From an uncultured Candidatus Saccharibacteria bacterium (GTDB lineage Bacteria > Patescibacteriota > UBA1384 > CAZZBO01), in contig CAZZBO010000001.1 in the NCBI GenBank assembly GCA_964652345.1, positions 3,892-67,891 on the forward strand: a stretch of 64,000 bases of DNA. Reading direction: 5' to 3'. Numbering within the stretch: the stretch's first letter is position 1; each line of letters opens with the position of its first letter. The translations under genes were made by a program, and so were the position numbers. This document shows, piece by piece, positions 28,590 to 38,694 of the stretch. A model generated the notes under the pieces. That model was not told the origin of the DNA, did not search any database, and saw only the letters and a list, made by a program, of their open reading frames with translations.

Positions 28590-30029
28590 TTATACAATCT
28601 TTCTCTGATCAATGTAGGGTTTGTCTGGAGTTTGGGGTTTTTTGCGAGCAAGTTTTTTCCAGATTAGTTTTTTTGAAATATATGTTAGAGCTACTATTAT
28701 TAAAACAAACAGAGCAGTCAATATAGCAGTCCAACGAAGTGGATGTTTGGAAATATCTATACCAAGTACTTTAAGGGTTTTTGCAGAAGCTGGATTTAAG
28801 TCGTCTTCAGTCAATATTCTGATATCTCCGCCATTTGCCAAAGTAACTTCAAACATTATAACCCCACTATCCGGAGTAAGAGAATCGCCGTATTGCGATT
28901 GGGCGCTTACTTTGTAAAAGCCGGCTTTTAGAGGATTGTCGGATAAAATCTCCCAATCAATGACTTCTGTACTGGGTGTGGGGGCTGTGGGTTCGACCTC
29001 ATTTGTGGAGGAGGGGGTGGCAGTAGCTTCTGCTGTGGCAGTTGGAGAAGGGGAAATTGAAGCTTCTTCTGTGGATTCCGAAATTGTAGGCGAGACAGAG
29101 GGGGAAGGAGAAGGTTCCTCACCGACAATTTTTGTAGCAGTCATACCCTCGACAACTGGATTAAGATTCAAGCGCAAAGTATAGCCCTTTAGTGCCTTGC
29201 CCTTGAATACAATATTTGAGAGCGTGCCGTTTTCAAGATCTACTTTTGAATCAGCAGATTTTTCTATAGATGTGATTTCTGTTTTTGCTAGCGAATTGTC
29301 AACCGATGCCTTGATATTTACTTTGAAATGAGTTGCTCCTCCCCATCCGTCTGCATTTTTTGCGCGAATATGAAAATAATATGAACCGATTTTTTCTACA
29401 GTTTGGGTTGCTGTAGTGTCTGCGGTGGTGGATTTTGCTTCCGGATTGGTATCAGCGACTTGGTCAAATACAGTAGAAAAATCTGTAGCATTGTTTGGTC
29501 TGTCCCATGCAAATTGGATTGTCTTTGCTTCATATTCTGTATTTTGATCTGGATGGGTTGAGGAAGTAACTGTGACATTTCCTGCTGGAACTAGCGCCCT
29601 GTTGATGGTTACTGATGCGCCGCCACTTGCTGATCCTACTATTGAACCATTTCTGGCCAGTTTTACTCCTGAAACTGAAACAGAACCGCTTCCTGTTGAT
29701 CCAGCTTTTAGTCTGACAGTAGCAACAGTTAAAGATTTAGTGGGAGAGGTAATGCCCACAAATTCTCCTCCGTTTGATGGAGATTTTCCCGGAAGCCAAG
29801 TGGCTCCTCCTGCGCTGACTCCCAGAACTGACAAATTTCCTCCCACAGAGAATTTGCCCTGCACTGCATCAAATTCATCTCCTTTGGCAACTATTGATAT
29901 AGAAAAAGTTTCTCCTTCAGTCCTTGTCCCGCCTCCGGAAGCATAAATCCCCCCTGAAGCAAATGCGGTAAATGGGAAAAATACAAAAATATAAATTGTT
30001 AAGATCATTAGTGATAAGATTTTTTTCAC
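28590..30029 (-). CDS. Membrane-anchored cohesin-like domain protein
   Basis: GTG start after AGGAGG; signal peptide; cohesin-like beta sandwich (GETFSISI...DAVQG...VATVRLKA...GGASVTI); Ig-like domains; Pro/Ser/Thr linker; C-terminal TM and basic tail. Confidence 0.7.
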   Translation of the reverse strand: MKKILSLMILTIYIFVFFPFTAFASGGIYASGGGTRTEGETFSISIVAKGDEFDAVQGKFSVGGNLSVLGVSAGGATWLPGKSPSNGGEFVGITSPTKSLTVATVRLKAGSTGSGSVSVSGVKLARNGSIVGSASGGASVTINRALVPAGNVTVTSSTHPDQNTEYEAKTIQFAWDRPNNATDFSTVFDQVADTNPEAKSTTADTTATQTVEKIGSYYFHIRAKNADGWGGATHFKVNIKASVDNSLAKTEITSIEKSADSKVDLENGTLSNIVFKGKALKGYTLRLNLNPVVEGMTATKIVGEEPSPSPSVSPTISESTEEASISPSPTATAEATATPSSTNEVEPTAPTPSTEVIDWEILSDNPLKAGFYKVSAQSQYGDSLTPDSGVIMFEVTLANGGDIRILTEDDLNPASAKTLKVLGIDISKHPLRWTAILTALFVLIIVALTYISKKLIWKKLARKKPQTPDKPYIDQRKIV

Positions 30030-30055
30030 AGCTCCTCCTTGATTATTTGTCAAAA

Positions 30056-31258
30056 CTATTTGCCCCAATTTGATGCGACTATTGAAAGGTCAAGAATATC
30101 AATAGTACTGTCAACTTCAGGATTTAAATTTACCCAAGATGTTTGATCAACCGTGCGATTCCATTCATTGCTTAAAAGTGAAAGATCCTGAATATTGATA
30201 GTTCCGTCGCCATTGATATCTCCCGGCTTTCTTCTTTCTATTGTAATAGTTTTAGTCGCTACAACTTCACCTCCGGAGTTTTTGTAATATATTATGTAGT
30301 TGACATTACCGATTTCGGGAGTGAAACTTACCTGCCAAGTGGTAGAGCCATAGTCGGCAATTAATCTATCTCCAAAATATGCTCGTACATCAGTGGTTTT
30401 TACGCCCTTGGCTGTTACCGAACTTTGATATGTCCCACTTGATCCTCCCACTGTATCATTATAACCACTCGGCGCTCCTGGTGGAGGAGAAGTTAGGCCA
30501 AACCATTCTGCTGACAATCTCCAAAAATTATAATTTCCCGGATATACGTGAGGCGTATATCTGTACAGTGAAGCAGTGGCGCGATTTGTCAATTGCACAG
30601 TGAAAGTGTCTAAGGATAAGATATTGTTTAAAGTATATGGGCTAACCAAACCTGTCACGCAAGCTTCATAATTGTATCTTAATTTCCAAGCTGCATTGTC
30701 TATTTGATTGGTAAACCCTTCAGTAGCATCAGCGCAGCCATTGCCGTTATAATCTTTTGCTACTCCCGAATAACAGGCATATCCCATAGCTTTCCACCAA
30801 CGATCGGGGTTGTAGGTCGTGATCAAGCTTTGTTCTTTTTGAAGCATTACGATCAATACTTTGGGACTGACTGTGCCTGTAGAAGAGTTGATTGCTATTC
30901 CATTGACTGTCCCAGAAGATCCCGGATATCCATGAGCTGCGTCATAAATAATTTGCGAAGCGCTTCTACCGTTTTCGCTTACTTCATTGAGCCGTCCTCC
31001 CGCATTACGTAAAAATGCATCAATGTCTGCCACACTCATACTGTTGATATCGATAAACGCGCCATCAGAAATCAATTGATTGTAATAATTATTATTTACA
31101 AAATTAGTGTAAGAAGTATCAGTCGCTTGAGTAATTTTTGGTATATTAAAAAAAATCAAACTTAGATTAAGTATTAAAACAAAATAAATGCTAATCTTTG
31201 CCCATCTAAATAAATTAGCCATCAATAATAGCGTAAACGAGCTTTTGTATCTAGTCAA
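30056..31258 (-). CDS. Secreted protein with a putative lysozyme-like domain and a C-terminal dockerin
   Basis: N-terminal hydrophobic signal; LQKEQS, AMGYAC and ATASLYRYTPH; duplicated Ca-binding loops GDINGDGTINIQDLS and DSTIDILDLS; likely start 31222. Confidence 0.75.
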   Translation of the reverse strand: MTRYKSSFTLLLMANLFRWAKISIYFVLILNLSLIFFNIPKITQATDTSYTNFVNNNYYNQLISDGAFIDINSMSVADIDAFLRNAGGRLNEVSENGRSASQIIYDAAHGYPGSSGTVNGIAINSSTGTVSPKVLIVMLQKEQSLITTYNPDRWWKAMGYACYSGVAKDYNGNGCADATEGFTNQIDNAAWKLRYNYEACVTGLVSPYTLNNILSLDTFTVQLTNRATASLYRYTPHVYPGNYNFWRLSAEWFGLTSPPPGAPSGYNDTVGGSSGTYQSSVTAKGVKTTDVRAYFGDRLIADYGSTTWQVSFTPEIGNVNYIIYYKNSGGEVVATKTITIERRKPGDINGDGTINIQDLSLLSNEWNRTVDQTSWVNLNPEVDSTIDILDLSIVASNWGK

Positions 31259-31287
31259 GTTTATCCTTAAATGCTAAACTTAAGCTT

Positions 31288-32787
31288 ATGAGTATTGTAA
31301 AAAGAATCGCATTCAACACCGTAGTGCAGATTTTTGGAAGAATTATTGGTCTATTCATAATGTTGATAACCATAAACTTGGTTTCAAACTATCTTGTGGT
31401 TGATGGTTCATCGGTTATCGGTTATGGGCAATACTATATAGTATTTACATATGTATCAATTATTGGCGTGGTAGCAGACTTGGGGCTTTATACTCTCTTG
31501 ATAAGAGAAGTTACAGGAAAATCAAAAACCGAAGTCAAAGAATTAGTTGGCAACGCCATTGGTTTTCGCCTGATTCTTTTATTGGTGACTTTTTTTGCGC
31601 TTGGGTTGTTAACGATATTTTTTCCTTATCCCGCAGTAGTAAAAATAGGAATAATTATTGGAATATTTAGCGCTTTTTCATCTTTATTTTCACAAATATT
31701 CGCTGCATTGTTTCAGGTAAATATGGTTACTTATAAAATAGTAATATCTGAAACCTTGGGGAGGATTGCGATCGCTGGATTAACCGCATGGTGTTTGTTT
31801 AGCGGTTTTGGTTTGGTTGCGATTGTGGTTGCAAACCTGATTGGCAATTTGGTTGTGCTTTTTTTAAGTATTTTTTATGCTAAAAAATATTGTGTTATAT
31901 CGATTAAGTTTAATTTTGTACTTTGGAAAAAAATTTGGCCGGAGCTTATGGCGATTTCTGTGGTTACATTGTTGGCTCTCGTGCATTTCAAAATTGATTC
32001 ATTGATTTTATCTTTTTTTCGTTCCGCCGAGGATGTAGGTATTTATGGTTTGGCTTACAAATTGCTTGAAATTATTGCAATCATTCCCTCCATTTACACT
32101 GCAAATGTGATACCGTATATGTCGCAATTTCATCGACAAGGGGAAAAAAAAGAAATTGCTGATTTTTTAAAAAAATCATTGGTAGTGATGTCTGCTGTTG
32201 CGGTGCCTATCAGTATTTTGGTATTTGTATTTTCAAAAAATATCGTGGTGTTTATCTCTTCCATAGAATTTATCAATTCCGCGCTACCACTGAAAATATT
32301 GATCTTTGCTGTGCTTTTTGCCTTTATTGCAGAAGTTACCACCGGCGCTCTTACAGCTTCAAGAATGCAGGTAAAGATGGTTAAACCATATATAATTGCG
32401 GTTGTATTAAATACCGCAATAAATTTTGTAATAATTCCTAAATATTCCTATGTCGGGGCAGCTATCGTAACAGTTGTAACAGAAGCGATATTGATGATAA
32501 GCTTGATTTGGATCGCTCGGGAAAATATTGGTAAAAATAGTAATATTTTGGCGCATTTTAAAATAATATTGGCGGGGGCTTTGAGCTTGGGAATATCTTA
32601 TATATTCTTTTACGATTATTTGCCAGATATAGATACTTTTTCTAAGACCGGAAAGTTGGAGCAAATAATTTCTTTGTGCATAAGCGTCTCTCCATTTTTG
32701 ATATTATACATTGTATTTATAAAATTATTTTTTTTAAAAAAAAAGAAACATTTTACAAAAAGTATTAAGAGCTTAAGTATATTTTAA
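31288..32787 (+). CDS. Wzx/MOP-family flippase
   Basis: YGQY, ADLGL, KIDSLILS, VGIYGLAYK and YSYVGAA motifs. Confidence 0.88.
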   Translation: MSIVKRIAFNTVVQIFGRIIGLFIMLITINLVSNYLVVDGSSVIGYGQYYIVFTYVSIIGVVADLGLYTLLIREVTGKSKTEVKELVGNAIGFRLILLLVTFFALGLLTIFFPYPAVVKIGIIIGIFSAFSSLFSQIFAALFQVNMVTYKIVISETLGRIAIAGLTAWCLFSGFGLVAIVVANLIGNLVVLFLSIFYAKKYCVISIKFNFVLWKKIWPELMAISVVTLLALVHFKIDSLILSFFRSAEDVGIYGLAYKLLEIIAIIPSIYTANVIPYMSQFHRQGEKKEIADFLKKSLVVMSAVAVPISILVFVFSKNIVVFISSIEFINSALPLKILIFAVLFAFIAEVTTGALTASRMQVKMVKPYIIAVVLNTAINFVIIPKYSYVGAAIVTVVTEAILMISLIWIARENIGKNSNILAHFKIILAGALSLGISYIFFYDYLPDIDTFSKTGKLEQIISLCISVSPFLILYIVFIKLFFLKKKKHFTKSIKSLSIF

Positions 32788-32793
32788 ACAATT

Positions 32794-33972
32794 ATGATAA
32801 TATATTTTTTATTGCTGAATGTACTTCTGACCCCGTTTTATTTTTTTAGATTTGAGATTTTGAATATTCCGACTAACCTTTTAGAGGTCAGCATCTTAGT
32901 TTCTTTGATCGCTTTTGTGGCTTCTGCTTTTATATATCGAAAAAAGATTATTTGGGGAGAGAAGTATTTTTATTTGATCATCGTGATTGGGCTATTAGGT
33001 ATTTTTTTGGCTCAAGACAAGATTAACGCTCTTGGAATTTTAAAGGGTTGGTTTCTGGTGCCTATGATTTTTTATTGGCTTTTGTTAAACAACTGTCAAA
33101 AAAGTGATCTAAAAAAGTTATTTTATCCTTTGTATTTATCGCTTATGATTCTTTCATTGTGGGGGATAGCTCAGAAACTGGGAATTGTTACAGTAATGTT
33201 TTATCAAAATGGAGATCCCACATTTGCTCAATATTTATATCATCCGATTAGGGCTTTTGGTCCTTTTGAATCCCCCAATTTTTTGGCGATGTATTTAGTG
33301 CCAATTGTTTTTATTTCTTGGGGATTATTAAAAAAGTATTTTGACAAAAATATTTTATTAAAGATTGGTTTTATTTTGCCTGTTCTTGCTTTAATCTCTA
33401 CGAATTCCAAGGGCGGTTTGCTGGCTTTTGTAGCTGGTTTAAGCATTTATCTATTAAATTTTTTTAGTCAAAAAATACAAGATAAAAAGATAAAAAGATT
33501 AGTTTTTATCACATCTATTGTGGCAGTGTGTTTCATCTTGGGCTTAACTGTATTTCATAATTTCAATACAGATACAGGAGAGATAAGGAGGGAAATATAT
33601 AAATATTCTTGGCAAATGATTAAAGCTAATCCGATTTTGGGTGTAGGGCTTGGGGATTTTACAAATGAGCTTCAAAAATTTAACCTTTCAAAGTCTTTTA
33701 TTCAATTTGGTTTGCCTTACGCGCTTCATCCTCACAATTTGTTTTTTAGCTTGTGGCTAAATTTAGGTTTTGCGGGACTGTTGCTTTTTTTCTGGATAGT
33801 AAAAAATTCCATTGTCGGTTTGATAAAAAATATAGATATATTATCAGTCTGTCTTATGGGAGCGTTTGGGGCAATAATCGTACACGGTTTTTTTGACACC
33901 ACTTATTTTAAAAATGATCTGTCAATAATTTTTTGGTTGATTGTAGCTATTTCAAGTAATTATAAAAGATGA
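32794..33972 (+). CDS. O-antigen ligase (Wzy_C) family protein
   Basis: RAFGPFESPN, SKGG, NPILGVGLG, HPHN, HGFFD. Confidence 0.85.
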   Translation: MIIYFLLLNVLLTPFYFFRFEILNIPTNLLEVSILVSLIAFVASAFIYRKKIIWGEKYFYLIIVIGLLGIFLAQDKINALGILKGWFLVPMIFYWLLLNNCQKSDLKKLFYPLYLSLMILSLWGIAQKLGIVTVMFYQNGDPTFAQYLYHPIRAFGPFESPNFLAMYLVPIVFISWGLLKKYFDKNILLKIGFILPVLALISTNSKGGLLAFVAGLSIYLLNFFSQKIQDKKIKRLVFITSIVAVCFILGLTVFHNFNTDTGEIRREIYKYSWQMIKANPILGVGLGDFTNELQKFNLSKSFIQFGLPYALHPHNLFFSLWLNLGFAGLLLFFWIVKNSIVGLIKNIDILSVCLMGAFGAIIVHGFFDTTYFKNDLSIIFWLIVAISSNYKR

Positions 33973-35213
33973 AATTATGGCAAAAAATTAGTTATTATTT
34001 AGGTATATTTCTTATTGTATTACTTCCAATTCAAAGCTTGCTAACAAATATTTTAATCCAAAAAACAAATCTTGGCGCAGAAAAAACTTTTTGGTTGTTG
34101 CATTGTTACGAGCCATTATTATTGGTCCTGTTGTTGGCGGGAGCTTTGGACACTGTGAGACACGAAAAATACAAAAAAATTCAAATAATTCCACTGATTT
34201 TTTTGTTTATAGGATTTGTATCTATTTTGTTTTTTTCTCAATCTATCACATTTGGACTTGAAGGGGGCAGATTTACTATTTTGGGAGTTGGGGTATTTAT
34301 TATTTTTAGTTTGTTTAATTTAAAGAAGAAAAAGATAAACAATTTAGTTAAAGTATATTTGATTGTCGCCTTAGTTATGGCTTTGATTTCAATTATTGAA
34401 AAATTTTTGCCTGCAAATTATTGGAAATTGTGGTGGGGAATAGAAAATTTTGGATATGGGATTTTTAAAGCAGGCGATTATATTCAGGGCAGTAGTTTAA
34501 TGGCAGGACCAAATCAGCTTGGATCTTTTTTAATCCCAGCGATAATATTTTTAATCATAAATCAAAAAAATTTTAAGCGATCCCATAAAGTGATAAATAT
34601 TTTTACTGTTTTGACATTGATTGGTTCTTTAATGTTAACACAATCTCGGTCGGCGATAGTTGGCTTGGGTGTAGTATTATTGATATATTGGTTTATAACA
34701 TCTGGTTTGAAAAATATTTATAAGTTTATAATTTGTGTAACTATCATAGCTTTTGCGATAATGTTTGTTTTTTTCTTTGCAGATCATCATATTATCGGAC
34801 AATTGATTACTCATGGTGGGCAAACCGGTCACCAAGATTCGTTTTTTGATTTTATTGATGGTGTCTGGGAATATTCGATGAGAGAATTTATCATAGGACA
34901 TGGCATTGGAAGCTCGGGACCGCTGGTGCTAAAGACCGGAGTTGGGACTCTTCCTGAATCTTGGTATTTGCAAATTTTTTATGAAGTCGGAATCATCGGG
35001 CTGATTGCCTGGCTTGGGTTTATATATTGTTTGGTCAAGCAATTATTTACAGATAAGTTAAATTGGTTGGCATGGGCTTTTATTTCAGTTTCTATAACAA
35101 ATCTTTTTTTGCATACTTGGGCAGATAATCCTGCGTTGACCAATGCATTATTTATTGTTGCGGGTTTAAGTATTTCGTCAAAATCAGTTGGAGCTTTCAA
35201 GAATAAGGAGTAA
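33969..35213 (+). CDS. O-antigen ligase-like protein
   Basis: GPNQLG, TQSRSA, GHGIG, ESWYLQ..EVG. Confidence 0.75.
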   Translation: MKLWQKISYYLGIFLIVLLPIQSLLTNILIQKTNLGAEKTFWLLHCYEPLLLVLLLAGALDTVRHEKYKKIQIIPLIFLFIGFVSILFFSQSITFGLEGGRFTILGVGVFIIFSLFNLKKKKINNLVKVYLIVALVMALISIIEKFLPANYWKLWWGIENFGYGIFKAGDYIQGSSLMAGPNQLGSFLIPAIIFLIINQKNFKRSHKVINIFTVLTLIGSLMLTQSRSAIVGLGVVLLIYWFITSGLKNIYKFIICVTIIAFAIMFVFFFADHHIIGQLITHGGQTGHQDSFFDFIDGVWEYSMREFIIGHGIGSSGPLVLKTGVGTLPESWYLQIFYEVGIIGLIAWLGFIYCLVKQLFTDKLNWLAWAFISVSITNLFLHTWADNPALTNALFIVAGLSISSKSVGAFKNKE

Positions 35214-35222
35214 GATAAAATT

Positions 35223-36347
35223 ATGAAAAAAATTGTAATAGATGCAAGATTTTATAGTAAAAAAACAGGCGGGATCGGCAGATACAGTAAAAACCTGATC
35301 AAGGAATTGGCAAAAATTGATAAAGAAAATCAATATTTTGCGCTTATACAAACTGATGCTGAAAAAGAATGGGAAATAGAAGAAAAAAACTTTTCAAAAT
35401 TAGTGGTGGATATCAATTATTTTTCTTTTGCCGAGCAGACAAAGCTACTTTTTGTTTTAAAAAAACTAAAGCCTGATTTGGTTCATTTTTTGAACTTTAA
35501 TCATCCTATTTTGTATAATCAAAAATTTGTTTCTACTATCCATGATCTTACTTTGAATTTTTTTCCAGCGGGAAAAATGTCTCAATCAATATTGAGAAAA
35601 ACAGCTTACAAAACGACTATGAAGCATGCCATAGAAAAATCCGATCATATCATAGTTCCTTCAAAAGCGACAAAAGATGATTTGATAGAATATCTTAGGG
35701 CAAAAAATGAAAAAATCTCCATCACCTATGAAGCTACCGATGATGATCTTAAGACTGTTAATACTTTTCGCGTAGCCCAAATATTTGAAAAATTTAAGAT
35801 AAAAAAACCCTATCTATTGTTTGTGTCACAGTGGCGTCCTCACAAAGGAATTATTGAATTGTTAGCGGCTTTTGAAAAAATATTAAATAATTTTCCAGAT
35901 TTGAGCTTGGTCATTGCTGGAAGGGGAAGGGCGGATCTTGGCGATTTGGTTGAAGAAGTGAAAGTAGCTCAAAGAAGATTACCAATTGTTACTACCGGAT
36001 TCATAACGGATGAAGAATTATCCGCTTTGTATCAAGAAGCAAAGCTGTTTATTTTTCCAAGCCACTATGAGGGGTTTGGTTTGCCTATGCTTGAAGCGGC
36101 TAAGTTTAAAATTCCTATAATTGCTTCAAAGGCGAGCTGTATGGAAGAAATTATGAGTGATGGGGCAAAATATTTTCGTGTGGGAAATGAATTTGATCTT
36201 GCTAATGTTGTAACGGAAGTATTGACGGATAGAGCACTTTTTAGTAAATTGAGCATAAAAGCGCAGGAACGGGCGAAATCTTTTTCGTGGAATAAAACAG
36301 CAAAAGAAACTTTGGCGGTTTATAAAAAAATACTGGCAGAAAAATGA
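35223..36347 (+). CDS. GT4 glycosyltransferase (mannosyltransferase-like)
   Basis: GIGRY, TIHDL, PHKG, EGFGLPMLEA. Confidence 0.92.
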   Translation: MKKIVIDARFYSKKTGGIGRYSKNLIKELAKIDKENQYFALIQTDAEKEWEIEEKNFSKLVVDINYFSFAEQTKLLFVLKKLKPDLVHFLNFNHPILYNQKFVSTIHDLTLNFFPAGKMSQSILRKTAYKTTMKHAIEKSDHIIVPSKATKDDLIEYLRAKNEKISITYEATDDDLKTVNTFRVAQIFEKFKIKKPYLLFVSQWRPHKGIIELLAAFEKILNNFPDLSLVIAGRGRADLGDLVEEVKVAQRRLPIVTTGFITDEELSALYQEAKLFIFPSHYEGFGLPMLEAAKFKIPIIASKASCMEEIMSDGAKYFRVGNEFDLANVVTEVLTDRALFSKLSIKAQERAKSFSWNKTAKETLAVYKKILAEK

Positions 36348-36369
36348 CAAATTTATGTCAAAATTCTAA

Positions 36370-36398
36370 TCCGCCTCCGCAAGTTAGCGGATGGCGGA
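36370..36398. repeat. REP-like hairpin
   Basis: TCCGCC-TCCGC-AAGTTA-GCGGA-TGGCGGA; outer arms match 1598-1612. Confidence 0.55.
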
Positions 36399-36456
36399 GA
36401 AAAATAAAAAATTTTTATACAATTAAAATAAATATCAAAAAACGAAAGGAATAAAA

Positions 36457-38457
36457 ATGAACAATCTCATTTATTGGGCGATAGGAGCGGGAGTTGTTGC
36501 CATATTTTATGGAATTTATTTAATAAGTAATATCTTGAAAGCTTCTTCAGGCAATTCAAAGATGATAGAAATTCAATCTGCTATTCAGGAAGGTTCAAGT
36601 GCGTTCTTGAATCGTCAATATCGAACAATTGCGGTGCTGGCTCTTATAATCGGTATTGTAATATTTTGGCAGATTGATCTTGTGACTGCTGTCGGATTTT
36701 TAATAGGAGCGTTATTTTCAGCAATGGCGGGGATAATAGGCATGAATATATCGGTACGAGCTAACGCTAAAACTGCAGAAGCTGCAAAACAGGGGATGCC
36801 TCAAGCTCTGAAAATGGCTTTTTCTGGAGGCACTGTTACAGGAATTTTGGTAGTTGGTTTGGCTCTTTTATCTGTCGCCGGTTATTATGCGATTACCGAG
36901 AGCGTAACGGCTTTAATAGGACTTGGTTTTGGGGGGTCGTTAATCTCAATTTTTGCACGGCTTGGTGGTGGGATCTATACCAAAGCCGCCGATGTGGGAG
37001 CTGATTTAGTAGGCAAAGTTGAATCAGATATGCCTGAAGATGATCCAAGAAACCCAGCTGTGATTGCTGACAATGTAGGAGACAATGTTGGAGATTGCGC
37101 TGGAATGGCTGCGGATTTATTTGAAACTTATGTAGTAACAGCTGTTGCTACTATGCTTTTGGGAGAGCTTGTTTTTAAAGACAATATAAATGCAGTTATT
37201 TATCCATTGGTTTTAGGAGCCGTTGCGGTGGTTGCTTCAATAATTGGTACATTTTTTGTAAGATTAACAAAATCAAAAAACCCGTCTATTATGTCAGCTA
37301 TGTACAAAGGTTTGGCTGTGGCGGCTGTTTTGGCTTTGGCCGCTTTTTATCCTATTACTGATAAATTGATGGCTGGCAATGGATTGTACTCAACTACCGA
37401 ATTATTTATTTCTGCATTAGTTGGGGTATTGGTTACTGGTTTGTTGGTAGTAATTACAGAATATTATACTGCTACAAAATTTTCTCCTGTGAAAAAACTA
37501 GCCGAATCTTCAACCACAGGTCATGGCACAAATATTATTGCGGGATTAGCTCTGTCAATGAAAGCAACTTTTTGGCCTGTAATTGTTATTATTGGCGCAA
37601 TTTTAGTCTCATACGATCAGGCAGGATTGTACGGTGTGGCGATTGCGGCATTTTCTATGCTTTCCATGACCGGAATTGTTGTAGCAATAGATGCCTATGG
37701 TCCGATTACGGATAATGCTGGAGGAATTGCGGAAATGTCGAATTTACCTGAAAAGGTAAGAAAGATTACAGATGAGCTTGATGCGGTTGGCAATACCACA
37801 AAAGCGGTAACAAAGGGTTATGCTATTGGTTCTGCAGGATTAGCCGCAATAGTGTTGTTTAGCGCTTATAGCCAAGAATTGATTGCTCGCGGACATAACT
37901 TAAGTTTTAATCTCGATGACCCTAAAGTATTGATCGGTCTCTTCATAGGCGGGCTTTTGCCATATTTATTTGCCGCATTTTCTATGGAAGCCGTTGGCAA
38001 AGCGGCGGGATCCGTAGTAGAAGAAGTGCGAAGACAATTGAAAGAAATGCCCGGAATTTTAACCGGTAAAGATAAACCGCACTATGCTGTAACAGTTGAT
38101 ATCGTTACCAAGTCCGCTCTTTCGCAAATGATTTTGCCGGCTTTAATTCCAGTTGCGGTTCCGCTCTTGGTCGGTTTTATTTTAGGTCCTGTCGCTCTAG
38201 GAGGAGTACTTGTAGGATCGATTGTTACAGGAATCTTTGTAGCTCTTTCTATGACTTCCGGAGGAGCGGCTTGGGACAATGCCAAGAAATATATAGAAGA
38301 AGGCAATTTTGGAGGCAAAGGTTCAGAAGCACATAAAGCTTCGATTACGGGGGATACTGTGGGAGATCCTTATAAAGATACTGCTGGTCCAGCAATCAAT
38401 CCGATGATTAAGATATTAAATATTGTAGCCCTTCTTATTATTCCATTTATCATTTAA
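36457..38457 (+). CDS. hppA: Membrane-bound H+-translocating pyrophosphatase, K+-independent type
   Basis: [40 protein letters not shown]. Confidence 0.95.
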   Translation: MNNLIYWAIGAGVVAIFYGIYLISNILKASSGNSKMIEIQSAIQEGSSAFLNRQYRTIAVLALIIGIVIFWQIDLVTAVGFLIGALFSAMAGIIGMNISVRANAKTAEAAKQGMPQALKMAFSGGTVTGILVVGLALLSVAGYYAITESVTALIGLGFGGSLISIFARLGGGIYTKAADVGADLVGKVESDMPEDDPRNPAVIADNVGDNVGDCAGMAADLFETYVVTAVATMLLGELVFKDNINAVIYPLVLGAVAVVASIIGTFFVRLTKSKNPSIMSAMYKGLAVAAVLALAAFYPITDKLMAGNGLYSTTELFISALVGVLVTGLLVVITEYYTATKFSPVKKLAESSTTGHGTNIIAGLALSMKATFWPVIVIIGAILVSYDQAGLYGVAIAAFSMLSMTGIVVAIDAYGPITDNAGGIAEMSNLPEKVRKITDELDAVGNTTKAVTKGYAIGSAGLAAIVLFSAYSQELIARGHNLSFNLDDPKVLIGLFIGGLLPYLFAAFSMEAVGKAAGSVVEEVRRQLKEMPGILTGKDKPHYAVTVDIVTKSALSQMILPALIPVAVPLLVGFILGPVALGGVLVGSIVTGIFVALSMTSGGAAWDNAKKYIEEGNFGGKGSEAHKASITGDTVGDPYKDTAGPAINPMIKILNIVALLIIPFII

Positions 38458-38464
38458 AAGTATT

Positions 38465-38692
38465 ATGAAAAAAAAGCTAGACAAAACAATTCCGGCAACT
38501 GTTGATCGTTTTGAGAACGGTTTAGTTGTGGTTGATTTTGGTAAGATGGGGGGGCTCGTCATTCCTAAAAAATATCTTCCTCCAAATTTATCTGAAGGAG
38601 ACGCATTGCAAGCAGAAATTTTAACTGATGAGCTTGTCAGTGAAAGAAAAAAGCATTTAGCAAAAGCTATCTTAAAAGAAATATTAAATTAG
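38465..38692 (+). CDS. DUF3006-like small protein
   Basis: VDRFE...PKKYLP...EGD. Confidence 0.75.
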   Translation: MKKKLDKTIPATVDRFENGLVVVDFGKMGGLVIPKKYLPPNLSEGDALQAEILTDELVSERKKHLAKAILKEILN

Positions 38693-38694
38693 AT

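Noticed and set aside
28621-31012. Short antisense ORFs inside long genes (here and throughout the window)
   Set aside because: They lie fully within well-supported genes on another frame or strand and show no motifs.
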